Of a stretch of DNA of 43,140 nucleotides, positions 33,262 to 42,436 are shown in pieces. The DNA comes from a virus (lineage: Duplodnaviria; Caudoviricetes): IMG/VR virus record IMGVR_UViG_3300037419_001006, positions 1 to 43,140 of that record. One strand, given 5' to 3'. The position numbers were made by a program, and so were the translations under genes. Position 1 is the first letter of the stretch, and every line of letters begins with the position of its first letter. The notes beneath the pieces are model-generated. The model did not search any database, was not told the origin of the DNA, and was given only the letters and a program-made list of their open reading frames with translations.

Positions 33262-33495
33262 ATGGTCACAGACTTCATCGAACGGGTCCGCGCCGCGCTG
33301 AGACAGCCCGGAGTGACCGCTGCTGGTCTCGCGAAACGCGCTGGCCTCCATCGCAATACTCTCTACGGCGCCGAAGCGGTGGACTGGAACCCGACTGCGG
33401 CGGTCCTGAAGGCGGTCGAGCCGCACATCGAAGCGATCGAGGCTGGCGAATGGAAAGAACCGCCGACTGAAGAGTCGCTGGACGCGGCTGCGTAG
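33262..33495 (+). CDS. cro: Cro-like HTH protein
   Basis: AAGLAKRAGLHRNTL HTH; divergent from cI. Confidence 0.7.
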   Translation: MVTDFIERVRAALRQPGVTAAGLAKRAGLHRNTLYGAEAVDWNPTAAVLKAVEPHIEAIEAGEWKEPPTEESLDAAA

Positions 33496-33632
33496 CCGTG
33501 GCGCGGTGGGGAAATAAGAAGATCGGAGGCCGAGCTGGACTCGGTGGGGTAGGAGCTAAGAGCTCGACCCCCGATCACACGAACGCACACTCGCAAAGTC
33601 TCGCACTCCTTTGCACCTGGGGAGCCTTGTAG

Positions 33633-34001
33633 ATGGCTTCCTCGGCGAACGTATTCCCCGTTGGCGAGGAAACATTTCCCCGATCCCTCTTCGGCAAGCC
33701 GTCGCGTCGCTCATATCGCGCGGCGGTCAAGCGCATCATCCTCGACCTGAAAGCCTCCAAGGGCCTGTCCGATTGGGAACTGGCCGAGCAGATCGGCTGC
33801 CACCGCGACACGATCGAGAACGCCCAGGAAGAGGCTTGCTCGCTCGATGTCGTGACCTTGCTCAACATCGCCTACGCCTATGGCGAAGAAACGATCGAGC
33901 CGGTGCGGGCGCTGTACCTCTGCGCCCCGGCAACGACCGAGACCACCATTGAGAAGCGCAAGCGCCTGATCCGCGAGCTCGCGGCATTGGAGGACGCATG
34001 A
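33633..34001 (+). CDS. CII-position HTH regulator
   Basis: SDWELAEQIGCHRDTIENA HTH. Confidence 0.6.
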   Translation: MASSANVFPVGEETFPRSLFGKPSRRSYRAAVKRIILDLKASKGLSDWELAEQIGCHRDTIENAQEEACSLDVVTLLNIAYAYGEETIEPVRALYLCAPATTETTIEKRKRLIRELAALEDA

Positions 34002-34399
34002 GCGCGCTCGCTCCCGTCCCTACCGAGCGCCAAGTCCAGCGCGCCATCCTCGCGATGGCCGGCGTCTGCTTCAAGCAAGTGTACATCACCGCGATTCCCA
34101 ACGGTGCTCACTTGGCTGGCGATGGCGTTGCCAGGTTCAAGCAGATGGGAGCCCTCAAAGGCGACGGACTCAAGGTCGGCTTCCCCGATCTGCTGTGTCT
34201 GTGGTCGCCGGGCAAAGGCTGCCTGATCGAGGTAAAAAGACCAAAAACCGGGCGGCTGACCGAAGACCAGATCGCCGTCCACGAACGCCTTCTCTCGCTT
34301 GGCTGGCGGGTTGCAACGGTCAACAGCGTTGAGGCTGCTTACAACTTCCTGATCGACTGCGGAGCGCCGTGCAGCGGTGAATTGAGGCTGGCGGCATGA
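33998..34399 (+). CDS. VRR-NUC endonuclease
   Basis: TERQVQ...GFPDL...IEVKRPKTGRLTEDQ. Confidence 0.85.
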   Translation: MSALAPVPTERQVQRAILAMAGVCFKQVYITAIPNGAHLAGDGVARFKQMGALKGDGLKVGFPDLLCLWSPGKGCLIEVKRPKTGRLTEDQIAVHERLLSLGWRVATVNSVEAAYNFLIDCGAPCSGELRLAA

Positions 34400-34599
34400 G
34401 CGACATCATCATCCGCGAGCAACGACACCAGTTCATCCCGCACAGCGGATGGTCGAAAACCGTCCCGACAGCCAACCGCTTCGCCGACCGCATGGTCGAG
34501 CACGGCGACCTGAAACGAGCAGCCGCCGAATGTGGGATCGGCAACGACTATGCGAACAGCCTCAGAACCCGGCTCCGCAAGCTGGGGATGGATCTGTGA
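34396..34599 (+). CDS. Small HTH-like protein
   Basis: Coupled; AAAECGIGNDYANSL. Confidence 0.5.
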   Translation: MSDIIIREQRHQFIPHSGWSKTVPTANRFADRMVEHGDLKRAAAECGIGNDYANSLRTRLRKLGMDL

Positions 34600-34829
34600 G
34601 CGCCATGTTAGACGCACGGAACAGATACCCGTGGCACGCGGACGAAGATGCGTTCCTGTGCGCCGCGAAGAAGAGACGCGTTCCGCACAAGGTTATTGCT
34701 CGCGAGCTTCAACGGTCACCCAGGGCGATCGACCAGCATTGGGCCGTGCTGCAAAAGCACCGTCAGGAAGAATTGGAGCTGCTCGCCAAGGTCAGGAAAG
34801 AAGCGCTGCTGCCGGAGTACGACCGGTGA
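34596..34829 (+). CDS. Small GcrA/Myb-like HTH protein
   Basis: W..DEDAFL...IARELQRSPRAI. Confidence 0.5.
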   Translation: MSAMLDARNRYPWHADEDAFLCAAKKRRVPHKVIARELQRSPRAIDQHWAVLQKHRQEELELLAKVRKEALLPEYDR

Positions 34830-35398
34830 GCCTGTCCGACGCCATGATCGATGCCATGCTCGCAACTGGCGTCACGCGAGAACAGCTTGCGGCTGTCGTG
34901 AAGGCAGACATTGCCGACCGTGAAGCTGCGGAAGCCGCGAAGATCGAAGCTAGGCGTGCGAAGGATCGTGAACGCCAGCAGCGTCACAGGTTGTCACGCG
35001 ATGTCACAGTGACAGACCGTGACCAACGTGACACCCCCCCTAATGAAAGAGAAAATCTAACCCCCCCGCATAATAATCCCCCCAAAGCTAAAGCTTTGGA
35101 CCCCAAACCAAAAAAAAACACCCTTCCGCTCGATTGGCAGCCCCTGCCGTTCAACATCGGCACGATGGCTGCCCAGATCGTCGAACGATGGGAGCCGGGC
35201 CGGATGGAGCGCGAGCTTGCCAAGTTCCGGGCTCACTACGACGCCGCCGGGACCAAGTGGCAAGACTGGCAGGCGGTGTGGTGCAAGTGGGTGAATAACA
35301 GCGACGACTTCCAACGAGGCAGGAATGGACCAGCAAATCAGCAACCAGGGATCGGTCGAACAGAGCAGGCAGCTATCGCTGCTCTCGGACCTCACTGA
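34826..35398 (+). CDS. Replication initiator with C-terminal DnaT-like domain
   Basis: LPLDWQP...LAKFRAHY...WQDWQAVWCKWV; contains iterons. Confidence 0.7.
   Translation: MSLSDAMIDAMLATGVTREQLAAVVKADIADREAAEAAKIEARRAKDRERQQRHRLSRDVTVTDRDQRDTPPNERENLTPPHNNPPKAKALDPKPKKNTLPLDWQPLPFNIGTMAAQIVERWEPGRMERELAKFRAHYDAAGTKWQDWQAVWCKWVNNSDDFQRGRNGPANQQPGIGRTEQAAIAALGPH
34983..35120. other. Putative replication origin
   Basis: GTCAC x3 then GTGAC x3 at ~10-bp spacing (34983-35032), followed by an A-rich tract. Confidence 0.6.
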
Positions 35399-35849
35399 CC
35401 TGCAAGCGCAACTAGGCCCGGCCTCAGCCAAGACCACAGTTGCCGAGCTGGCCGCTTGCCTCACTCTGGTCGCCCCATCGGGGATGAGCGCCGACGATCG
35501 CGCCGAATGGCTCAAGGTCGCTCGGATGGCGCTAGGCGAGGTGCTCGAAGGCCCGCTTCACTTCGCTTGCTCCGAAGCTCGCAAGACATGCCGGTTCGCT
35601 TCTGAAATCGTGCCGATGGTGGTCGAGAAGGCCGAGGAGCGAGAACACTACCTGCGAGATAGAATCTCGGTGGTTCAATGGCATTTGAACAACCCACCGA
35701 GGCCGCAACTGCCGAAACCAGAACCAGAAGAATGTGCCCCTATCACGCTTGCCGAATACCGTGGCTGGTCGCCGCAGCTTCGGTCAATCGCCAAGCGCAA
35801 TGGGTGGGTGACGCAGGAAATCATCGACGCGGCGGGATCTGACCTGTGA
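35325..35849 (+). CDS. Putative helicase-loader-position protein
   Basis: Follows initiator; ACSEARKTCRF.SEI. Confidence 0.5.
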   Translation: MDQQISNQGSVEQSRQLSLLSDLTDLQAQLGPASAKTTVAELAACLTLVAPSGMSADDRAEWLKVARMALGEVLEGPLHFACSEARKTCRFASEIVPMVVEKAEEREHYLRDRISVVQWHLNNPPRPQLPKPEPEECAPITLAEYRGWSPQLRSIAKRNGWVTQEIIDAAGSDL

Positions 35850-36111
35850 CAGACGCCGCCTGGACCGCACTGCAATACTACCGCCGGGCTGTCGAAAACG
35901 GCGACCGCAAGAAGGCGTCGCTGTGGCTCGCCGAAGCGAAGAAGCGCGGTGAGATCGTCGATCCATCCGAGCAGCGCCAATGAACCGCCCCACCACCATA
36001 GCCCTGATCGGTGCAGTTCATGTCGGAAGGATGTTCGTAACTGCTGTCGTTCTCATGGCTGCAATAGAGGCGGTAGCTTTCGCTCAAATGGCTTTGCAGG
36101 GGAGGAAGTAA

Positions 36112-36657
36112 GTGGACGGCTGGGTCATTTTGCGCACCGCCGGCAAGAGCACGTTAGCCGTTGCCGAGCATCTTTCGGATGGCGGGTTTGGTGTCTGGGC
36201 GCCGCGCCGTACTGTCACTAGGCGCTCCCCTCGCCGGAAGACGACGCGCGAGATCACGGTGCCCATCCTGCCGTCGTTCGTGTTTGCTGACGCCACCCAT
36301 TTGCACGCCTTGTTGATCCTATCCGAGGCTCCATCGAAGTCATGTCCTGACTTCAGCGTGTTCAGATCCAATCGTGAGATACCCGTGATCTCCGGATGCG
36401 AGCTCGCCCCGTTGCGGTTCATCGAGAAAGCAGAAGCAGATCGTCAGAAGAAGCGGCGGCAGATGAGCGGCAGGACGACACCGTTTCCAACAGGGGAAGT
36501 TATCCGCATTCACCAGGGATCGTTCGCTGGATTGTCGGGCGTGATCGAGTCTGATGACGGCCGGTTCGCCGAGGTCTCGTTCGGGACGTTCAAGGTTAAG
36601 ATTTCTACTTTCCTTCTGCGCGATGATATGGCACAACATGCGGATATTGCCGCTTGA
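36112..36657 (+). CDS. NusG-family transcription antiterminator (late-gene activator position)
   Basis: WVILRT, PILPSFVF NGN domain; KOW GEVIRIHQGSFAGLSGVI. Confidence 0.85.
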   Translation: MDGWVILRTAGKSTLAVAEHLSDGGFGVWAPRRTVTRRSPRRKTTREITVPILPSFVFADATHLHALLILSEAPSKSCPDFSVFRSNREIPVISGCELAPLRFIEKAEADRQKKRRQMSGRTTPFPTGEVIRIHQGSFAGLSGVIESDDGRFAEVSFGTFKVKISTFLLRDDMAQHADIAA

Positions 36658-36771
36658 GCGGCTTGCGAGCGTGACTGGTCTTCGGACTGCCCTCGCCATT
36701 CTCACGCACGGGACCACCCGCTGCGTTTTCTTTGCATTTCAAGTTAGGCACCCGCATCAAGCGAGGGCATC

Positions 36772-37128
36772 ATGGCGCGCAAAGCTAAGGCGGCGATCTC
36801 TGACCTTCAGGGCACCAACGCCAATGACACGTTCATCCTTAGGGGTGACACGGTGCAGACGATCAGCGGGTTCGATCCAGCTCATGACCGGGTGATGTTC
36901 GACGTGAACCACAGCTACAGCGACATCCTGTACCTCGGCCAACTTCACGATGGTCTGGAGTTCGACACCTTCTCCGGCGCCCATCTCTCTGTCCATGGCG
37001 GGGATTACAACAACGACGGGATCATGGACACGCAGGTAAGCCTGTCGGGTGTCGATGGGACCGCGACCGCTATCCTTCTCGGAGTTCAGCCCTCCAGCCT
37101 CTACGGCTGGGACCTCTGCGGAGGATAG
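36772..37128 (+). CDS. Protein resembling an RTX/type I secretion C-terminal domain
   Basis: GTNANDTFIL...TISGFDPAHDRV...DYNNDGIMD...AILLGV. Confidence 0.55.
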   Translation: MARKAKAAISDLQGTNANDTFILRGDTVQTISGFDPAHDRVMFDVNHSYSDILYLGQLHDGLEFDTFSGAHLSVHGGDYNNDGIMDTQVSLSGVDGTATAILLGVQPSSLYGWDLCGG

Positions 37129-37254
37129 AAATTCCGGCGGGTGAGGCGTTCCCCCTTTCGCTCAGTCCGTCGATCCCCAGCACCGACAATCAGGCCCGTC
37201 ACTCATTCGAAGTGGCCTCGTATCGCTGTGCTGGGGAAGCACATGGAGGATCAT

Positions 37255-37392
37255 ATGTCGATTGCCCTGCTTCTGCTCATCATCGCGCTGGTCCTGTTCG
37301 TTCTCGCCGCTGCCAATGTCCCGAGCCCGGTCAACCTGACTGCGGCGGGTTTGGCGTTTGTAGTTCTCTATTTCATTCTTGGCCGGGGATGA
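37255..37392 (+). CDS. Small 2-TM membrane protein
   Basis: RBS GGAGG; hydrophobic. Confidence 0.6.
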   Translation: MSIALLLLIIALVLFVLAAANVPSPVNLTAAGLAFVVLYFILGRG

Positions 37393-37565
37393 TGTCCGAG
37401 AAGCGCAAGTCTCGTGTGTTTCGCATCGAGATAAGCGACGAAGAGCATAAGGCCGAAGCCGCCAGAGTTGAGCGGTTCAACGGGTGGCTGGCGGAGTGCG
37501 AAGAACTTCAGAACGCAGTCGTGGAAGGATTGCTGGCTAATTTGCCGTCGTTGGTCGGGAAATAG
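37389..37565 (+). CDS. Hypothetical protein
   Basis: Coupled. Confidence 0.45.
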   Translation: MMSEKRKSRVFRIEISDEEHKAEAARVERFNGWLAECEELQNAVVEGLLANLPSLVGK

Positions 37566-37928
37566 ATGCTCGGCTTCTCACCGATCTCGGCGAGGCCGAT
37601 CAGTGGCAGCGCATTCAGCCTGGTCGCGATTGCTGCGGCCATGTCGGCGTCGCTCACGCTCGGGTTTGCAGTCACCGGTCGTTTGGGTGCTTTCATTCCG
37701 ATGCAGGGCAGCATCGGTGTCGCGTTCAACTTGTCGCCGACGTTGTGGGTCAACCAATCCCTTCACGGGTCGATCTCGATCACCTTCGGCGGGACATCGA
37801 CCCTCTACATCGCCGGCAAGCCGATCCGCATCAATGCGTTGCCGGAGAGTTTCGAGCTCCGAGCCGTGAAGGAACAATGGACGCTCAAGGCGCTGCCTCA
37901 GAGCTTTAACACGAGGGGCGCAAGATGA
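37566..37928 (+). CDS. Putative virion/tail accessory protein
   Basis: MLGFSPISARPISG N-terminus seen in phage fibre-associated proteins. Confidence 0.45.
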   Translation: MLGFSPISARPISGSAFSLVAIAAAMSASLTLGFAVTGRLGAFIPMQGSIGVAFNLSPTLWVNQSLHGSISITFGGTSTLYIAGKPIRINALPESFELRAVKEQWTLKALPQSFNTRGAR

Positions 37929-38359
37929 GTGTAACCACCACCTTCGCCAACGATCTTCTGGGGTTGGTCCTGGAGGCGGCGCCGATCGCCAACATCGCGG
38001 ACAACGCTGCATCTTCGCCGCTGACCAGCCTTTACATTAGCCTTCACACGGCAAGCCCCGGAACCAGCGGAGCGCAGAACACCAGCGAGACGGCTTACAC
38101 TGGATACGCAAGAGTAGCCGTGTCCCGCAATTCAGGCGGATGGACCGCCGCAAGTGGCGACAGCGACAATGACTCGGACATCACGTTCGGGCAATGTACC
38201 GCAGCCCCCGGAAGCGATCTGACGCACGTTGGAATCGGTACGGCCGCATCTGGTGCCGGAAAGCTTCTGTTCTACGGTGCGCTCAACTCAACCATCGTTA
38301 TGCAGGTAGGTTCGACGCCACTATTCTCGGCCGACAACCTCGACGTGATATGCAGCTAA
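37925..38359 (+). CDS. Phage tail-fibre-family protein
   Basis: LYISLHTASPG...ETAYTGYARVAV...THVGI...GKLLFYGAL. Confidence 0.65.
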   Translation: MSVTTTFANDLLGLVLEAAPIANIADNAASSPLTSLYISLHTASPGTSGAQNTSETAYTGYARVAVSRNSGGWTAASGDSDNDSDITFGQCTAAPGSDLTHVGIGTAASGAGKLLFYGALNSTIVMQVGSTPLFSADNLDVICS

Positions 38360-38661
38360 AGCCCAACGAGACGCCTGACTTGAGAGTAGGCGAAAGGCGC
38401 CGCGTCTCATGCAACATCGCTGGAGCTGCGGGGACCAACTCGATCAGCTCGGTCGATGTGACCAACGACAGCATGACGGTTGAATCCGCATCGGCAAGCG
38501 GTCTCGACATCAACTTCTTCCTGACCGCGACACAGGAAGGAACATATTACACGAAGGTGTCAGCGGTGCTTAGTTCAGGCGAGACCGTGATCGATTATCT
38601 CCGCTCCAAGGTCAAAGGCGTTCCCTGTTCAGCAGACGTGGATCGATACGATGAGTGCTGA
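38350..38661 (+). CDS. Small beta-sandwich virion-like protein
   Basis: ATG 38350 overlapping upstream gene; beta-rich. Confidence 0.45.
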   Translation: MQLKPNETPDLRVGERRRVSCNIAGAAGTNSISSVDVTNDSMTVESASASGLDINFFLTATQEGTYYTKVSAVLSSGETVIDYLRSKVKGVPCSADVDRYDEC

Positions 38662-39046
38662 CACTGAAACAACAAAGCCCGATCAGAACGATCGCTATCG
38701 CGGGCTCATTCCGTTCAAACCAGGGCAAAGCGGCAACCCTGCCGGCCGACCCAAAGGTTCTCGCCACCGCTTCTCCGAGCGCTTCGTCGGCGATTTCCTG
38801 AAGGATTGGGAACAGCACGGAGCGACCGTGATCGAGAAGGTCAGAACGAACAAGCCCGATGTCTATTTGAGGACCGCAACGGCGATCCTGCCGAAGGTGA
38901 GCGACGACGCGGATGACGATTTCAACGATCTCACGCCCGAAGAGCTCGACGAGCGACTTGCTGACCTTGAAGCGCGAACGGTTGCGCTGCTTGGAGCAAA
39001 AGCTGAAGCTGGCGGAACTGGAAAGACCGCAGCAGAGCCTAATTGA
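38651..39046 (+). CDS. terS: Terminase small subunit (DUF5681-type N-terminus)
   Basis: FKPGQSGNPAGRPKGSR; upstream of TerL. Confidence 0.8.
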   Translation: MSADTETTKPDQNDRYRGLIPFKPGQSGNPAGRPKGSRHRFSERFVGDFLKDWEQHGATVIEKVRTNKPDVYLRTATAILPKVSDDADDDFNDLTPEELDERLADLEARTVALLGAKAEAGGTGKTAAEPN

Positions 39047-40391
39047 TTTCACCGAATATACGTTCTCCCGCTATCGGACGGCCAAGCATCATAGGACCGT
39101 CGCCGAGCAGCTAGAGCGGGTCGAGCGCCGCGAGGTCGATCGGTTGATGCTGCTGCTTCCCCCGAGGCACGGCAAGACCGAGTTGGCCTCAAGGCGCTAT
39201 CCGCCGTGGAACTTGGGCCGCAACCCGACGCGGCAGATCATCGCGGCCTCGGCCACGGAGACATTCGCCACCGATGTCGGGCGCGAGGTCCGCAATATCG
39301 TGGCCAGCCAGGAGTTCAGGGAGGTCTTCAGGAACGTCCGACTGGCGCCGGACAGCACGGCAGCCGGCAGATGGCACACGAATCACGGAGGCATCTTCGC
39401 TGCTGTCGGCGTTGGGTCGCAAATTCTCGGCAAGGGCGCTGACGACTTCATCATCGACGATCCGTTCGCAACGATGGAAGACGCCCAGAGCGAGATCCAG
39501 CGCAAGCGCGTGATCGAATGGTACCAGGGCAGCGTCTATAACCGATTGCAACCCGGTGGAACGATCATCCTCATCAACCACCGGATGCACGAAGATGATT
39601 TGTCCGGCTACCTGATCGAGCGGCAGAACTTCGGCGGCGACAAGTGGGAGATCGTCGAGCTTCCCGCCATCACCGATGGTCAAGCGCTGTGGCCTGAAGC
39701 CTATCCGATCGAGGCATTGGAGCGGATCAGGGCCAACACGCTGCCAAGGTTCTGGTCGAGCCTGTTCCAGCAGAATCCTCAACCGGACGAAGGCACGTTC
39801 TTTCAGCGCGCATGGTTCAAGGAATGGGAAGCGAAGCCCGCTCTTCGTTACTACGGATCGAGCGACTACGCAGTGACGGACGGCGATGGCGATTACACGG
39901 TCCATCGGGTCTGGGGGATCGACGCCGAAGGCTGCATCTACCGCGTCGATGGGTGGCGAGGGCAGGCCACTTCGGATGTGTGGATCGAAGAGAAGCTAAA
40001 CCTGATCGCCAAATACAAGCCCCTTGCGTGGTTCGGGGAAGGCGGAGTCATCCAGAAGGCTGTCGAGCCGATGCTCAGGCGAAGGATGCGGGAGCGCAAG
40101 GCCTTCTGCCGGTTGGAATGGCTGCCCTCGGTTCATGACAAACCGACAAGGGCACGATCATTCCAAGCCATGGCGGCAAGCGGGCGGGTGTATCTGGAGC
40201 AGGGGGCCGATCTGTCCGAATATCTCTCGTTCCCCGCTGGCAAATACGATGACGAGGTGGACACGGCTTCACTCATTGGAAGAGCGATCGATCAGGCGCA
40301 TCCAGCGATTGTCCAGACGAAGAAGCCCGACAAGCCCCGCGACGCATGGGCGCAGAAAGACGACGAGGAGGCTTCATGGAAGGTGATGTAG
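38913..40391 (+). CDS. terL: Terminase large subunit (start uncertain)
   Basis: Walker A PPRHGKT, Walker B IIDDP, nuclease YDDEVD. Confidence 0.92.
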   Translation: MTISTISRPKSSTSDLLTLKRERLRCLEQKLKLAELERPQQSLIDFTEYTFSRYRTAKHHRTVAEQLERVERREVDRLMLLLPPRHGKTELASRRYPPWNLGRNPTRQIIAASATETFATDVGREVRNIVASQEFREVFRNVRLAPDSTAAGRWHTNHGGIFAAVGVGSQILGKGADDFIIDDPFATMEDAQSEIQRKRVIEWYQGSVYNRLQPGGTIILINHRMHEDDLSGYLIERQNFGGDKWEIVELPAITDGQALWPEAYPIEALERIRANTLPRFWSSLFQQNPQPDEGTFFQRAWFKEWEAKPALRYYGSSDYAVTDGDGDYTVHRVWGIDAEGCIYRVDGWRGQATSDVWIEEKLNLIAKYKPLAWFGEGGVIQKAVEPMLRRRMRERKAFCRLEWLPSVHDKPTRARSFQAMAASGRVYLEQGADLSEYLSFPAGKYDDEVDTASLIGRAIDQAHPAIVQTKKPDKPRDAWAQKDDEEASWKVM

Positions 40392-42343
40392 CCTCGCTCG
40401 TCCGCATGTTCGAGGAAGCCGAACAGAGTACCAACGACGCAAGGAAGGCGGCCGAGCAGGACCGGGATTATTACGACGGCAAGCAACTGTCGGCGGAAGA
40501 GAAGAAGACCCTCAAGAAACGAGGCCAGCCGCCGGTCATCTACAACCGCATCCAGCGCAAGATCGATTACCTATCGGGACTTGAGAAGCAGCAGCGTAAA
40601 GACCCGAAGGCCTTCCCTCGTACACCGAAGGATGAAGACGCGGCCGACGCGGCCACCGATGCGATCCGGTATGTCTGCGACGATACGGCTTGGGATGAGA
40701 AAAGGTCAGCAGCGTGGGATGACCTTCTCATCGAGGGCACTTGCGCGGTCATGGTGTGCCACAAGGACGGGAAGAACGGTCCCGACCCCGATGTGGTCCA
40801 TATCCCGTGGGATCGCTACTTCTACGACCCGCATTCGAGCAAGGCAGACCTGTCCGACAAGCGCTATGACGGGATCGTAACCTGGTATGACCTGGAGGAT
40901 GCGGCAGCCAAGCCGCGGTGGGCCGATAGGCGCGACATTCTCGAAAGCACGCTTGCTTCGGAAAAAGACACCGACACCTACGACGACAAGCCCAAGCTCC
41001 ACATGTGGGGCGATGCGAAGCGGAAGAGAGTCCGGGTTGTTGAGCTCTACTACATCAGGCAGGGCCAGTGGTTTCGGTGCGTGTTCACCAAGGCCGGGCA
41101 TTTGGAAGACCCGGCACCTTCTCCGTACCTGGATGAGGACGGGAAGCCGGAGAACCCGATCAAGTCGATGAGCTTGTACGTGGACCGGGACAACAACCGT
41201 TATGGTGCGGTGCGGGTGATGATCTCCCCGCAGGACGAGATCAACAAACGCCGGTCCAAGGGCCTGCATCTTATCACCATGCGGCAGGCTCGGGTTGGGC
41301 TGTCCGCGGCGGAGGACAAGGAGAAGATTCGCAAGGAGCTGGCCAAGCCCGATGGGATCATTTCTGGTGATAAGGACGACTTCGAAATCCTTCCCACCTC
41401 CGATATGGCGCGCGGCAATTTCGAGATGTTGCAGGAGGCCAAGAACGAGATCGACCTTCTGGGAGCGAATGCAGCACTTGCGGGAAAGAACGAGAACGAT
41501 CTTTCAGGCCGCGCCATCCTCGCCCAACAGCAGGGCGGGATGGTCGAGGTCGCAAGGATGTTCGACCGGCTGCGGTCTCTGTCGATCGCCGTCTATCGCT
41601 CGATCTGGAACCGCATCCGCCAGATGTGGCAGGACGAGAAGTGGATCAGGATCACCGACGACGAGAACAACCTCAGGTTCGTGGGATTGAACCAGAAGGT
41701 CACGGTCACTCAGTTAGCTCAAGAGGTGGCTGAAGGCGACCAGCAGGCGATGCAGAAGGCGGCGCAACTGGTCGGGCCTCGGGTGCTTCAGGCCGCGATG
41801 CAGGGCGATGAGCAGGCTCAAACCGCCGTTGGGATGTTCGTCCAGCAGAACGCGATGCAGGTGGTCGAGGTCCGCAACGCAGTCAATGAATTGGACGTGG
41901 ATATCGTGATCGACGAGGGCATGGATACCCCGTCAGTCCAGGCCGAGCAGTTTGAGATCGTGGCCAAGATGCTGCCGTCCGCACCGCCGCAGATGCAGGG
42001 CATTTTGTGGGAAGCGTTGTTCGAAGCGTCGGCCTTCCGCAACAAGGACAAGCTGCTTCAGAAGATGAACGCCGGGCCTCCCCCGGAGCAGGTTCAGAAG
42101 CAGGAAGAGGCCGAGCAAATCCAGAAAGCCGGCGCGGTCGCTGAAATCCAGAAGACCAACAGCGAGACCGCGAAGAACATGGCCCAGGCCGGAGCCGCAG
42201 GGACACCCGAGCAACCGCAGGAACCTGATCCGATTGAGCAGGCGCGCGTCATGCTTGAGGGGCAGCAGACACAGATCGATGGATACCGGGCCGAGACAGA
42301 GCGGATCGAGGCTCTGAAGCCAGAGCAACAGCAGGCCGCTTAA
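40376..42343 (+). CDS. Portal protein (P22-like, long C-terminal barrel)
   Basis: DRDYYDGKQ, YNRIQRKID, PQDEINKRRSK, SGRAILAQQQGG; follows TerL. Confidence 0.88.
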   Translation: MEGDVASLVRMFEEAEQSTNDARKAAEQDRDYYDGKQLSAEEKKTLKKRGQPPVIYNRIQRKIDYLSGLEKQQRKDPKAFPRTPKDEDAADAATDAIRYVCDDTAWDEKRSAAWDDLLIEGTCAVMVCHKDGKNGPDPDVVHIPWDRYFYDPHSSKADLSDKRYDGIVTWYDLEDAAAKPRWADRRDILESTLASEKDTDTYDDKPKLHMWGDAKRKRVRVVELYYIRQGQWFRCVFTKAGHLEDPAPSPYLDEDGKPENPIKSMSLYVDRDNNRYGAVRVMISPQDEINKRRSKGLHLITMRQARVGLSAAEDKEKIRKELAKPDGIISGDKDDFEILPTSDMARGNFEMLQEAKNEIDLLGANAALAGKNENDLSGRAILAQQQGGMVEVARMFDRLRSLSIAVYRSIWNRIRQMWQDEKWIRITDDENNLRFVGLNQKVTVTQLAQEVAEGDQQAMQKAAQLVGPRVLQAAMQGDEQAQTAVGMFVQQNAMQVVEVRNAVNELDVDIVIDEGMDTPSVQAEQFEIVAKMLPSAPPQMQGILWEALFEASAFRNKDKLLQKMNAGPPPEQVQKQEEAEQIQKAGAVAEIQKTNSETAKNMAQAGAAGTPEQPQEPDPIEQARVMLEGQQTQIDGYRAETERIEALKPEQQQAA

Positions 42344-42436
42344 CCGAGATTGCAGCGCGATGCGTTGCCATGCCGCCGCCGGGCTTCGGGCGTATCAGTG
42401 CCGCCGACTTTACGGGCGTTGACGAGGGCAACAAAC

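Noticed and set aside
33178-33426. N-terminal extension of cI in the ORF track (305 aa)
   Set aside because: It would overlap the operators and cro; the HTH begins after ATG 33177
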